Origin: Candidatus Multivoradales bacterium | GTDB taxonomy: Bacteria; Acidobacteriota; Thermoanaerobaculia; Multivoradales; J023 | NCBI GenBank assembly: GCA_965248925.1 | Contig: CBDFLE010000005.1 | Location: forward strand, 2,048,001 to 2,112,000 | DNA length: 64,000 bases | Direction: 5' to 3' | In this document: piece by piece, positions 1 through 15,921 of the stretch | Position numbering within the stretch: the first letter of the stretch is position 1 | How the letters are laid out: each line of letters opens with the position of its first letter | The notes under the pieces: generated by a model | What the model was told of the DNA's origin: nothing | Database searches by the model: none | What the model saw: the letters and a program-made list of their open reading frames with translations, nothing else | Translations under genes and position numbers: made by a program

Positions 1-209
1 TTATCACCCGCCGAGCCAGGGAGAGATCCTCATGCGCCATCTTCTAGATCGTGCTCCGAAATCGGCTGTTCTACAACTGAGAGTCGCAACTGCTGGAAAT
101 CCTCTGTTCGAGCCTAGCCCGATTTGCTACCGCAGGGCAAAGTAAGCCCGCCGCCAGCTACAATCTGCGCTAAGATTGCCCCCCCCCCCAACCCGCCCGG
201 AGGCAGCGG

Positions 210-1430
210 ATGGCCCGCAAGCTCTATCCCATCATCAGCATCGACCAAGCCGTGCGCTTGTGGTTCGAGCGTCAAGGTCTGAGTCAGCCGCGGGGCAGTA
301 CACCGCTGAGCCGGAAATCGCTCAACACCCACCTCGAACGCACCGGCGCGCTGCAGCTCGACTCGGTCAACGTACTTGATCGGGCACATTACCTGACCCT
401 GTGGAGCCGCTTCGGGAACTACTCCCGCCAGCAGCTCGACAGCTGGCTCTATGAGGACCAACTGGGCTACGAGTATTGGGGTCACGAGGCTTCAATTCTG
501 CCCATCTCCCAGCTGCCGATCAGCCGGCGACGGATGCGACGTTTTCCGCCAGCGAGCTGGTGCGACAGTTCCTGGTGGTCGGTCTACAGCACTTCCACGG
601 CATCCAAACGGCGAGTTCTGCGACGGCTGCGCGAACACGGCGCGCAGGAGAGTTCAGATTTCAAGCGCCGGCCGGATGAGAATGGCCAGATCCTGGGCTG
701 GGGAGCGCCGGTGACCAAGGAAGACAAGCGCACCCTGAAACTTCTGTGGCACGCCGGCAAGGTGGCGGTCGCCGGACGCCGTCATTTCCGCTGCGTCTAC
801 GATCTCGCCGAGCGGATCTACCCTGAAGGCGAAGCCCGCAGCAGCACCGAGCTGGCCGACAATTGGCTACTGACCGGCCTGTCAGGCAACGGCATCGCCA
901 GCGAACGTCAGCTGATCAACTACTTCACTGAATCCGAGCCGAAGAAAGAGCAACGGCGGCGGATCCTGACTCGCAACTTGAAAAGTGGCCGCATCGTCGA
1001 GGTGCGGCTCAGCGGCAGGCCGGAGCCTTACTTCGCTCTGCCCGAGCACCTCGAAGGACTCGACCAGCTACCGCCGCCCCACGGCACCACCCTGATCTGC
1101 CCCTTCGACTCCCTGCTCTGGCAACGCCGCCGCGCCGAAGAGCTGCTGGGCTTTACCTACCGCGTAGAGATCTACGTACCGCCAAAAAAGCGCCAGTACG
1201 GCTACTACGTTCTGCCCATCTTGCACCAAGGTCGGCTGGTCGGCCGGCTCGATCCCAAGCTGCGTCGCGACCGCGGTGAGCTGGAGATCAAGGCGATTTA
1301 CCTTGAGCCCGAGGTGGACCGCGATCGGCGTCTCGATCAGGGTCTGGCCTCTGCCCTTGACAGCCTGCGGCGGTTCAGCGGCGCGGAGCACTTGCGACTG
1401 CCAAGAGGCTGGCGCCAGCTCGATCGCTGA
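210..1430 (+). CDS. YcaQ/AlkZ-family winged-helix DNA glycosylase (crosslink repair, HTH_42)
   Basis: 406 aa; LQLDSVNVLDRAHYLTLWSR (QxD catalytic motif of YcaQ type), EYWGHEAS, LICPFDSLLWQR, YRVEIYVPPKKRQYGYYVLPIL. Confidence 0.9.
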   Translation: MARKLYPIISIDQAVRLWFERQGLSQPRGSTPLSRKSLNTHLERTGALQLDSVNVLDRAHYLTLWSRFGNYSRQQLDSWLYEDQLGYEYWGHEASILPISQLPISRRRMRRFPPASWCDSSWWSVYSTSTASKRRVLRRLREHGAQESSDFKRRPDENGQILGWGAPVTKEDKRTLKLLWHAGKVAVAGRRHFRCVYDLAERIYPEGEARSSTELADNWLLTGLSGNGIASERQLINYFTESEPKKEQRRRILTRNLKSGRIVEVRLSGRPEPYFALPEHLEGLDQLPPPHGTTLICPFDSLLWQRRRAEELLGFTYRVEIYVPPKKRQYGYYVLPILHQGRLVGRLDPKLRRDRGELEIKAIYLEPEVDRDRRLDQGLASALDSLRRFSGAEHLRLPRGWRQLDR

Positions 1431-1506
1431 GCGACCGAACCGACCGACACTTGGTACCGACGTGCTAAACTAGTCGGCGGTTGTCACTGAACCGAGGCCG
1501 CTTTCC

Positions 1507-2598
1507 ATGCGTCGAATCTCTGCCAAGAAACAGGGCTCAGAGCCCGCGCGCAAGCCGACCTCCGCGACCCGCCATACCCCCTTCGACCGATCAGCCGCCT
1601 CGGCACCGGACCTGCTCCTGCGCCGGGCCGAGTACCTGGGCCACCACGTCCGGCCAAATCGCCAGAGTCAGGATTCACGGCTACAACGTCAGCCGGTGTA
1701 CCACAAGCCACTTGCCGGTATCGCCAGCGACAAGACCGAGGAACAAGGCCTCAAGCAAGCCAAGCTGATCGACAAGCAAGTCGACAAGGCTTATGAAGAG
1801 TTCATGGGAGGCAACTACAAAGGCGCCAGCGATGCCCAGATTGAACTCTACTTGCTGCGCAAGCATCAGTTAGACAACGGCGAGAAAACGATGCACCCAT
1901 CGACCGCTGCCGGCTATGTGATCGAAGGCAAAGTCAACTCAGTGATCGAATCCTGGAAGGGTGTCAGCACCCAGGTCACCGACGCCCTGCCAGGCACCCG
2001 CCCGGATGTCAGCATCGACCTCGGCGACGGTGTTTTCGCCTTAGTCGACATCACCGCCTCGAACAGCGCCGGACACATCCTAAACAAGAAAGGAAATTGG
2101 CTGAACCATAAGAATATCCCAGTGGTCATCGAGTCGGTCTATCCGAGCATCGATTTCAGCACGATGAAGAAGATCAAACTGTCCGCTGAGCAACTCGAGC
2201 AAGTACATAAGCGAATCGCCGAAGACAAAGAAGCCAAGGCCCTCGCTCAAGCCGAACTCCAGGCGCAGATGGAGCAAGCCCACACTGAGCGCCAGAACGT
2301 GCTGATCAACAAGCTGAGCGAAGCGATGATGGCCTTCAGAGTCCGCAAGCGAGGCAACCGGACCGAGCTTGAGATCAAGAAGAAGGGTCGCACTCAGGCA
2401 CTGTGGAACGCCTGTGGTCTGGTGGTCGAGATCAATACCCGCGCGGGTTTCACCGACCTCGGCTCACCCAAGGAATGGGACGCCCAACGGATCCCTTACG
2501 CAGACTGGATCGATACCGTCGAAGATCGCACCGAATTGCGGAAGAAGGCCGCGCTCCTGCTCGGCGGTCTCAACCGGACACTTCGCCAGCTGAATTGA
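1507..2598 (+). CDS. Putative eCIS cargo/effector with PD-(D/E)xK-like nuclease motif
   Basis: 363 aa ORF; disordered N-terminus with DLLLRRAEYLGHHV...LQR leader shared with two other ORFs in the window; central GYVIE...TRPDVSI...LVDITAS resembles a restriction-endonuclease fold. Confidence 0.55.
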   Translation: MRRISAKKQGSEPARKPTSATRHTPFDRSAASAPDLLLRRAEYLGHHVRPNRQSQDSRLQRQPVYHKPLAGIASDKTEEQGLKQAKLIDKQVDKAYEEFMGGNYKGASDAQIELYLLRKHQLDNGEKTMHPSTAAGYVIEGKVNSVIESWKGVSTQVTDALPGTRPDVSIDLGDGVFALVDITASNSAGHILNKKGNWLNHKNIPVVIESVYPSIDFSTMKKIKLSAEQLEQVHKRIAEDKEAKALAQAELQAQMEQAHTERQNVLINKLSEAMMAFRVRKRGNRTELEIKKKGRTQALWNACGLVVEINTRAGFTDLGSPKEWDAQRIPYADWIDTVEDRTELRKKAALLLGGLNRTLRQLN

Positions 2599-2736
2599 AA
2601 CCGCGCTGACACCTCGAGCCTTCCCCCTGCCAAGCCAACGAAGGTATCTTCGGCCACAATCTGGAGATCTGAGCCCACGAAGTCGCACCGACAACAACGC
2701 TGCCGGCCATCTGATCGGCAATGAAAGGCCGACAGA

Positions 2737-3189
2737 TCAGGTAGTGTTGCCGTCCAACAAACGCACTTGCAAGCTGTCGTCCGCCGGTCGCCGCTGCAGG
2801 ATCTGGCGCATCTTCTGGTCAGCTTGATCGCGACTGGCATAGACGCCGATACGAACAACGTAGAGCACGCTGGCGTCGCCTTGCTCAACTTGCACGATTG
2901 ACGGCGAGAACGATCCCAGCTCACGCTGGCGGGCAGCCGCGTTCTGCCAGTCCGAGTAGGCGCCGGCCTGGATGGTGAAATCACCACTAATCGACGGATC
3001 GAGGCCCGACCAGGCGGCGATCGGCAAAGCCTGTACCGGTGAAGAGCTGGTGGTCTCGGCGGGCAACAAGGTGCGCTCGACATAATGCTGCCCGATCAAG
3101 AAGCCACCGGTGAACAGCACCGCACTGCCCAGCAGCAGGCCTACCGTGACCCTTGCCAAGGATCGCTTGTCGAAGACGAAGGCGTACAT
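2737..3189 (-). CDS. Membrane-anchored SPOR-domain (peptidoglycan-binding) protein
   Basis: N-terminal TM helix VTVGLLLGSAVLFTGGFLIG; C-terminal FTIQAGAYSDWQNA...LYVVRIGVYASRDQA is typical of SPOR. Confidence 0.85.
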   Translation of the reverse strand: MYAFVFDKRSLARVTVGLLLGSAVLFTGGFLIGQHYVERTLLPAETTSSSPVQALPIAAWSGLDPSISGDFTIQAGAYSDWQNAAARQRELGSFSPSIVQVEQGDASVLYVVRIGVYASRDQADQKMRQILQRRPADDSLQVRLLDGNTT

Positions 3190-3635
3190 TCAGGATACTC
3201 GCACTTGGAAAAATCTATCGCTATTTCCCTATATACAGCGAATTCTCCCCACCAGGGAAGATCAGCTAGCGACGGACCGAAAGCCGGTGAAATCAGCGGC
3301 ATAGCACTCCGCGAACTGAACCAACATAGCGCAGCATTGTAGAGCATCTGGCCGCCGACGCCTAATAGACCAGCAACCTTCGCCGTCCCTCACGAGTCTT
3401 ACCGTGGATTCGAGCCTCCCCCGCGGTCCGCTCTCCAACATGAGGATTGAAGCCCGAAGAGTAGATCGAGGAGTCTCAATATCTTGGAGATTGGACCACT
3501 AGAAGTTCTTGAGATACACCTTTAATAGCAAACTCCACTGTGAATGCCAACATATTCGCAACTACCGTCACGCCAAGGGCGCTGTGTAGGTTCTCAGAAG
3601 AATCTACAAAAAAGGCCCAAACACGCTCCATGCCC

Positions 3636-3665
3636 TTGACGAGATTCGTTGCTAAGTAGGATACT
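3636..3665 (+). promoter_or_regulatory. Candidate sigma70-type promoter of the eCIS operon
   Basis: TTGACG (3636-3641), 18-bp spacer, GATACT (3660-3665), ~130 bp upstream of the sheath start; GGAGG RBS precedes ATG 3798. Confidence 0.4.
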
Positions 3666-3691
3666 CGCCCACCTATTCATAGGTAGGCGAG
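3664..3691. promoter_or_regulatory. Inverted repeat (operator or leader hairpin) upstream of the sheath gene
   Basis: CTCGCC-C-ACCTAT-TC-ATAGGT-A-GGCGAG: 13-bp arms with one mismatch. Confidence 0.55.
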
Positions 3692-3797
3692 CAATCCTGA
3701 AGTGCTGGCGAGAGTTCTCGCATAGGCAACTCGGTGGGTGAGACGGGCGGATGGAAACTGGTACTAGGGATCCTCACTAAACGTCTTTGGAGGACCC

Positions 3798-6700
3798 ATG
3801 CCCATCCGAGTCTCGTACCCTGGCGTCTACGTTCAAGAGATTCCCGGCGGCCAGCCGGTCACCGCCGGTGTTTCCACGGCCAGCACTGCTTTTATCGACT
3901 TCTTTTCCCGCGGACCGATGGAAAAGGCCAAGCAGGTGTTCAGCATGGCCGAGGTCAATCGCAGCTTCGGCGGTTTACATTTACGCAGTGAGGCCAGCTA
4001 CGGCCTCAAGCAGTACTTCTTGAACGGCGGCCAGGAGGCCTGGATCGTCCGCGCCACCGACGGCACCGCGATCAAAGCGCTGCTCGACGTCAAGGTCAAC
4101 ACTCCCGGCTTGGATGTCCGCTTTCAATGGGCAACCGATTCCGCCGACGCCGCCGACAAGGCACAGCAGGCCGCGAAGCGCGCCGCCGAAAAGGCCAAAG
4201 ATGCGCTGACCGCGCTGGCGGCCGCGGTGAACGATCAGCAACGCACCCAGGGTGGCGGCGACTTGCGCAGCGCCACCACCGAGTCCGCCGACGAAACCTA
4301 CAAGGCGACCGCCGCCACCCGAGCCGCCGCCGAGCAGGCCAAGGCATCCAGTGACGAGCTGGCCATCGCCATCGCCGCCTTGGCGGCCGCCTCCGGGCCG
4401 GTCGCCGATCGCACCGCCCAAGCCGCCGAGCACACCGCCCAGGCCGCCGCCGCCTCGAGCGATGCCGCCAAGACCACTCCGGCGGTGATCGCCGCCGCCC
4501 AGAAAGCGGTCGAGGTGGCCAAGAAGGGGCTCAGTGCGGGCCAGTCCTCGCGCACCGCGCAAACTGCCGCCAAAACCCTCGCCGACCTGCAAACCGCGGT
4601 CGACGCCGCCAAGGCGGCGATCGCCACGGTTACCGCCGAGGAGACCGCGGTTACCGACGCTGGTGACAACTTGGTCGCTAGCAAGGGTGCCGCTTACAAC
4701 GCCGCGGTCGCCGCCGAGGACGCGGTGGCGCAAGCCGATACCGCTGCTCGCGAAGCATTGAGCGTCGCCAAGACGGTCTACGAGCACCACAAAGCCGCCG
4801 GCAACGACGACGACGCCAAAGCCGCCAAGGAGGATGTCGACGCCGCTAGCGACAGCGAACAAATCACAACCCTGGCGACCGCCGCCAACGCCGCCGCCGA
4901 GGCTCAGCTTGACTCGCAAACGATCATGGAGACGGCCGACGCCACCGCTGCTGCGACCAAGGCCAAAGGCGCCGCGGACCAGGCCAAGTCAGTGATCGAC
5001 AAGGTCGAGACAATCGCCGCCAAGGGTCTCACGTCAGTGCTCACCATGGCCTCCGAGGCCGCCGACACCAGTGCCACGCTGGCGGTGAAAGAGGGTGATG
5101 GCACCGTCGGCGAGGCGGTCAAGGCGGCCAATAAGGAGATCCTCAAGGCCAATGCCGCCGCCAAGGCGGCATTGGTGGCCTGCAAGCTGACCTCCGACGA
5201 CGCTAAGGTCGCGGCCAGCTGCGTCGGCTCGGCAAAGGTCAACCTCGACGCTCGCGGCGCCATCGCCGGAGCCGAGAAAGCCGCCGCCGACACCATCGAG
5301 ACGTTGAAGGCCGCCAAAGTCATCACGGCGCAGCTCAACAAGGCCCTGATCCTTGCGCTCGATTCGACCAAGCCGGCCGTCGAGTCCGCCGCCGCCGCGA
5401 CGGCCGCGGGTGGCAATGCCGACCTCTCGATCAACGAAAAGATAAAGGCCGCGGCGGCTGCCGCCCAAGCGGCGCTCAACGCCGCCAACAACTGCGTCGC
5501 CGCTGCCGAAGCTGTCGAAAAAGCAGCCACCGAAGTGTCGAGAGTCGCTCTTCAGGCGACTACCGCTGCCGACCTGGCGGCACGGGCAGCCAAGGTTGCG
5601 GTCGCCGCCAACAAAGAGGCCAGTCAACCGCCGACCCTGCGCATCGCCGCCGCCAACGAGGGCATCTGGGGCGACAACATCCAGGTCGAGATCAAGGTCG
5701 ACGGGGCTAACTTCTCGCTGGTGGTCACCGAATACCTCACCGAGCGCGGCGTCACCCGCCAGGTGGGACAGGAGAATTACAGCAGCCTCAACCTGGAGAA
5801 GGGCGAGAACACCTACGCCATCCCGGTGGTCAACGACCAGAGCGATCTAGTGTCGCTCGACTACATTGGCCTGATGGTCTCGGGGGCCTACCCCGCCGAC
5901 ATCGATGGCGAGTTCCTCAACGGCGGCGATGATGGCGGCCACGCCGACGCCACCCAGCTGACCGGTGCCGACGGCGCCATGTCGGCGCTTGAGGATATCC
6001 AGCCCTATATCTTCAATCTGCTCAGCCTGCCTTCCGTAGCCAACATGCCGGCCGCCGAGGCCAGCGTGGCCACCGCCAATGCCCAGGTCTACTGCGGCGA
6101 GAAGCGAGCCTTTTACATTGTCGACATTCCGGAAATCGTCGACGATACCGACAAGATGCTCGAATGGGTCAACAGCTACGGCAACGCCCAGGCCTATTAC
6201 ATGGCGGTGTATTACCCTCGGTTGGTGATTCCCGATCCGCTGCAGGACTTCCGAGAACGCAATGTCGGTCCCAGTGGCACTTTGGCCGGCATCTACTCCC
6301 GCACCGACACCGCTCGCGGGGTGTGGAAAGCGCCAGCTGGAATCAACGCCGTGCTGCAAGGTGCCCAGGTGTCGTCCAAGGTCACCGACATTCAGAACGG
6401 GCTGCTCAATCCACGCGGCGTCAATGTGCTGCGGACCTTCCCCATCTACGGCAACATCAGCTGGGGAGCCCGCACACTGGCTGGTGCCGACGCACTGTCG
6501 AGCGAGTGGAAGTACATCAGTGTTCGCCGCTTGGTCAACTACATCGAGGAGAGCCTCTTCCAGAGCCTCAAATGGGCCGTCTTCGAGCCCAACAACGATG
6601 TGCTGTGGGCCAAGATCCGCTCGCAGATCGCCACTTTCCTCTCCAGCTTGTTCTCACAGGGTGCGTTCCAGGGCGCCGGCGAGGGCAGCGCCTACTTCGT

Positions 6701-6836
6701 GACCTGCGACGGCACCACGACCACGCCGGTCGACATCGAACTCGGCATGGTCAATATCGATGTCGGCGTTGCACCGGTCAAGCCGGCGGAATTCGTCGTC
6801 CTCAGAATGCAACAGATCGCTCAGGCCGCCGCCTGA
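3798..6836 (+). CDS. eCIS contractile tail sheath protein with ~500 aa Ala-rich insertion
   Basis: N-terminal YPGVYVQEIPGG...YFLNGGQEAWIVR; C-terminal RTDTARGVWKAPAG, WGARTL, WKYISVRRL, WAVFEPN, APVKPAEFVVLR are sheath signatures. Confidence 0.96.
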   Translation: MPIRVSYPGVYVQEIPGGQPVTAGVSTASTAFIDFFSRGPMEKAKQVFSMAEVNRSFGGLHLRSEASYGLKQYFLNGGQEAWIVRATDGTAIKALLDVKVNTPGLDVRFQWATDSADAADKAQQAAKRAAEKAKDALTALAAAVNDQQRTQGGGDLRSATTESADETYKATAATRAAAEQAKASSDELAIAIAALAAASGPVADRTAQAAEHTAQAAAASSDAAKTTPAVIAAAQKAVEVAKKGLSAGQSSRTAQTAAKTLADLQTAVDAAKAAIATVTAEETAVTDAGDNLVASKGAAYNAAVAAEDAVAQADTAAREALSVAKTVYEHHKAAGNDDDAKAAKEDVDAASDSEQITTLATAANAAAEAQLDSQTIMETADATAAATKAKGAADQAKSVIDKVETIAAKGLTSVLTMASEAADTSATLAVKEGDGTVGEAVKAANKEILKANAAAKAALVACKLTSDDAKVAASCVGSAKVNLDARGAIAGAEKAAADTIETLKAAKVITAQLNKALILALDSTKPAVESAAAATAAGGNADLSINEKIKAAAAAAQAALNAANNCVAAAEAVEKAATEVSRVALQATTAADLAARAAKVAVAANKEASQPPTLRIAAANEGIWGDNIQVEIKVDGANFSLVVTEYLTERGVTRQVGQENYSSLNLEKGENTYAIPVVNDQSDLVSLDYIGLMVSGAYPADIDGEFLNGGDDGGHADATQLTGADGAMSALEDIQPYIFNLLSLPSVANMPAAEASVATANAQVYCGEKRAFYIVDIPEIVDDTDKMLEWVNSYGNAQAYYMAVYYPRLVIPDPLQDFRERNVGPSGTLAGIYSRTDTARGVWKAPAGINAVLQGAQVSSKVTDIQNGLLNPRGVNVLRTFPIYGNISWGARTLAGADALSSEWKYISVRRLVNYIEESLFQSLKWAVFEPNNDVLWAKIRSQIATFLSSLFSQGAFQGAGEGSAYFVTCDGTTTTPVDIELGMVNIDVGVAPVKPAEFVVLRMQQIAQAAA

Positions 6837-6870
6837 TCTCGGATCCAAGAAAACCAAGGAGGTTTTATCA

Positions 6871-7455
6871 ATGGGTACTCCCAAGAACCTACGTTCGACC
6901 ATCATGGATCCGCTGCTGAACTTCAAGTTCATTGTCAGCTGGGGCGAGGCCGGTTCGGCGAAATACGAAGTAGTCGCCGGGGTGAGCAAGTTCGGCCCGC
7001 TGTCGCGCAACACGGAAGTTGCCGAATACCGCGAAGGTGCCGATCCCTTTGTCACTCGTAAGATCCCAGGGCAGGTGAAATACGACGACATCAACCTCGA
7101 GCGCGGCATTATTCTCGATGTCGCCTTCGAGCAGTGGGCCAATAAGGTTTGGTACTACGAGCAGTCCGACGCCCTGGCCTCCAACCAGGTGTCGCTGATC
7201 GACTTCCGCAAGGACGTGCAGATTCAGCTCTGCAACCAGGCCGGCCAGATCGTCAACCAATACCTGATCTTCAATTGTTGGCCCACCAAATACCAGGCGG
7301 CGCCCGATCTCGACGCTTCGGCTGGCAACACGGTGGCGCTCGAAACCTTGACCTTGGCCAACGAAGGCTGGGTCCGTGACGACACCTACAAGGCCGTCAA
7401 GTATCCGACCTACGCCTTGCCGGATTCGCCAACAGGTGGCTTGCCACCCTCCTGA
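6871..7455 (+). CDS. eCIS tail tube protein (gp19/Afp1-like)
   Basis: DPLLNFKFIV, EYREG, RKIPGQVKYDDINLERG, CWPTKY...LDA...VALETLTLANEG; start reassigned to ATG 6871 behind AAGGAGG. Confidence 0.95.
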   Translation: MGTPKNLRSTIMDPLLNFKFIVSWGEAGSAKYEVVAGVSKFGPLSRNTEVAEYREGADPFVTRKIPGQVKYDDINLERGIILDVAFEQWANKVWYYEQSDALASNQVSLIDFRKDVQIQLCNQAGQIVNQYLIFNCWPTKYQAAPDLDASAGNTVALETLTLANEGWVRDDTYKAVKYPTYALPDSPTGGLPPS

Positions 7456-7460
7456 TCCAT

Positions 7461-8207
7461 ATGCACGCCCTCACCGCCCAAGAAGCGCTGGCGGCTTGGG
7501 AAAGAGGCCAGCGACTCGACCCTCTGGGCCGATCGCTGGCCTTTCTTTCGGTCGCCCTGCCGGCCGTCGAGCGCCTACGCATTCTGCAGCTGCCGGTAGG
7601 GCAGCGCGACGCTCTGCTACTGCGCTTGCGTTTCCGCACTTTTGGGCCGGGTCTGCGAGGTTCGGTCAACTGTCCATCCTGCAACGTACCGCTGGAGTTC
7701 GCAGTCGATCTGCGTAGCTACGACGCGATCGGCCACCTACAACGAGAGATCGGCGCCCGCGAGCTGGTCGTCGAGCCCTACCGAGTGGTCTTCCGCCTAC
7801 CCAACAGTGAGGACTTTTCCGCCATCGCCGAGGGCTGCGTCGACGCCGAGAGTGGCCGCGAAGTCCTGCTCGACCGCTGCCTGCTGCACGCCTTCGAAGG
7901 CAATCAGGAAATCGCGCCGCAGCAGCTCCCCGCCGAAGTTTTGGCTCAGGTCGCCGCTGAAATGGAGAGTCTCGATCCTCTCGCCGAGCTACCGTTGGCG
8001 ATCGATTGCGGCCGTTGCGATCACTCCTCCCTGGTGCTCTTCGACATCGGCCAGTTTCTTTGGCATGACATAGCCGCCTCCGCCAGAAGCCTGCTCGAAG
8101 AAGTCCACGCCTTGGCCACCGCCTACGGCTGGGGCGAAGAGCAGATTCTCAACCTGAGCGGGGCGCGCCGCCGCTTTTACATCGAAAAGATCCCAGCCGG
8201 GAGCTGA
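7461..8207 (+). CDS. eCIS baseplate hub-assembly/chaperone-like protein (T4 gp26-like, two CxxC)
   Basis: LPVGQRDALLLRLR, CPSC, FRLPNSED, CGRC, C-terminal EVHALATAYGWGEEQILNLSGARRRFY; usual position after the tube gene. Confidence 0.8.
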   Translation: MHALTAQEALAAWERGQRLDPLGRSLAFLSVALPAVERLRILQLPVGQRDALLLRLRFRTFGPGLRGSVNCPSCNVPLEFAVDLRSYDAIGHLQREIGARELVVEPYRVVFRLPNSEDFSAIAEGCVDAESGREVLLDRCLLHAFEGNQEIAPQQLPAEVLAQVAAEMESLDPLAELPLAIDCGRCDHSSLVLFDIGQFLWHDIAASARSLLEEVHALATAYGWGEEQILNLSGARRRFYIEKIPAGS

Positions 8208-8212
8208 AAGCA

Positions 8213-14625
<6,413 letters not shown>

Positions 14626-14629
<4 letters not shown>

Positions 14630-15921
14630 GCGACTATCGAGCCATCGCGGCTACCACCGTCACGCTGCAAAACATGCTTACCGAAGCGATTCGCGAGGTG
14701 GTGCCCGGAGCCGCTGTCGCCACCGGCACACCGCCCGCGAAGACCGGTCATGAACTCACCGAGGGGCTGATCAATATCTTCCTCTACAAGGTCGAACCCA
14801 ACCCGACTTGGCGCAACGAGGAATTGCCGGTACGCGCCGCCGACGGCAGCTGGATCCGCCGGCCGCAACTGGCGATCAACTTGTTCTTCTTGTTGTCGTT
14901 CTATGGCGATGACGTGAAGCAGATCCCTTCCCTGTTACTCGGTACAACTCTGGCGACCCTGCATGCAGAACCCTATCCCCACCGGCGGCATTTCCCCCAA
15001 GCACGCCCAGACGGTCCAGGGCACAGCAGCTTTATCGACGGCAGTCCCAACCTGGCGGGCTCTGGGCTGCTCAACCAACGCCACGGCCTGTCGTTTTCCT
15101 TGCTGTCCTCCGAGCAAGACGAAGTCATCCAGACCTGGACGCAGCTGCTGCACCAGTCCTACACCCTGTCGGTAGCCTATGTCGCTCGGGTGGTGTTGAT
15201 CGAGCCGGCGGTGGTGCCAGCCGCGGCGTTGCCGGCGCGCCGCACCGATGTTCGCTTTAGCAGCACGCGACAACCGCGCCTAGAGAGCCTGGCTCCAGCC
15301 ATCTTGCCTTTCGCCCCCGCCGCCGAACTGCGGCTGCGCGGCCAAGGACTGACCGCCGAGCATGTGCGAGTCGCTTTCGGCGGCATCGAAGTCGAACCCC
15401 TGATGCGCTCAGCGACCGAGCTGCGAGTGCTGCTCCCAGACCAGCTGCAAGCCGGCGCGCAACCGGTCAACGTGGTCCACGGCGAACAACGGGACGATGG
15501 CCCGCTGCGTTGGAGCATCGCCTCCAATCAACTTTCGGTGGTCATCCAACCAGTGCTGCTGGGGGCCGCTTGGCGAGCCCAGACTTCCGACCCGGCCCCC
15601 ACCACCACCACGGGCTCCACCAGGACTAGCGGCACCATCGAAGTGCAGATGGCGCCGCCAGCCACCGCCCCGACTGATGTCGAGCTACTGCTCAACGCCA
15701 CCCCACCCTCCAACCGCGCGGCAGCACCGCCGGGCTATGTTTTCGCAGCCACGGTCGACCCGTCCCGCCCCGATCGAGTCGACTTCGTGGTGACCGCACC
15801 CCCGGGCCGCTATCTGGCGCGTATCAGGGTGCTCGGCGCAGACAGCCCTTTGACCGTCGACAAAGATCCGTCAAGTCCGAATTACCAACGCTTTGTGGGC
15901 CCCATCGTGGAAATCGGCTGA
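14626..15921 (+). CDS. DUF4255 / Pvc16-Afp16-like cap (sheath terminator) protein with IPT-like C-terminal domains
   Basis: MSDYRAIAATTVTLQNML, INIFLYKVEPNPTWRN, YTLSVAYVARVVLIE; located before the ATPase. Confidence 0.88.

Noticed and set aside
210-1430. YcaQ-like glycosylase as immunity for the adjacent putative nuclease
   Set aside because: The family repairs crosslinks and alkylation damage and is widespread; only adjacency supports the idea
3500-3797. c-di-GMP or other riboswitch in the eCIS leader
   Set aside because: GCAAAC and GCAAC fragments are present, but the required paired stems and tetraloop/receptor could not be built by eye
3981-5627. Long Gly/Ala-rich antisense ORFs over the sheath insertion
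   Set aside because: Expected stop-free shadows of GCC-rich coding sequence
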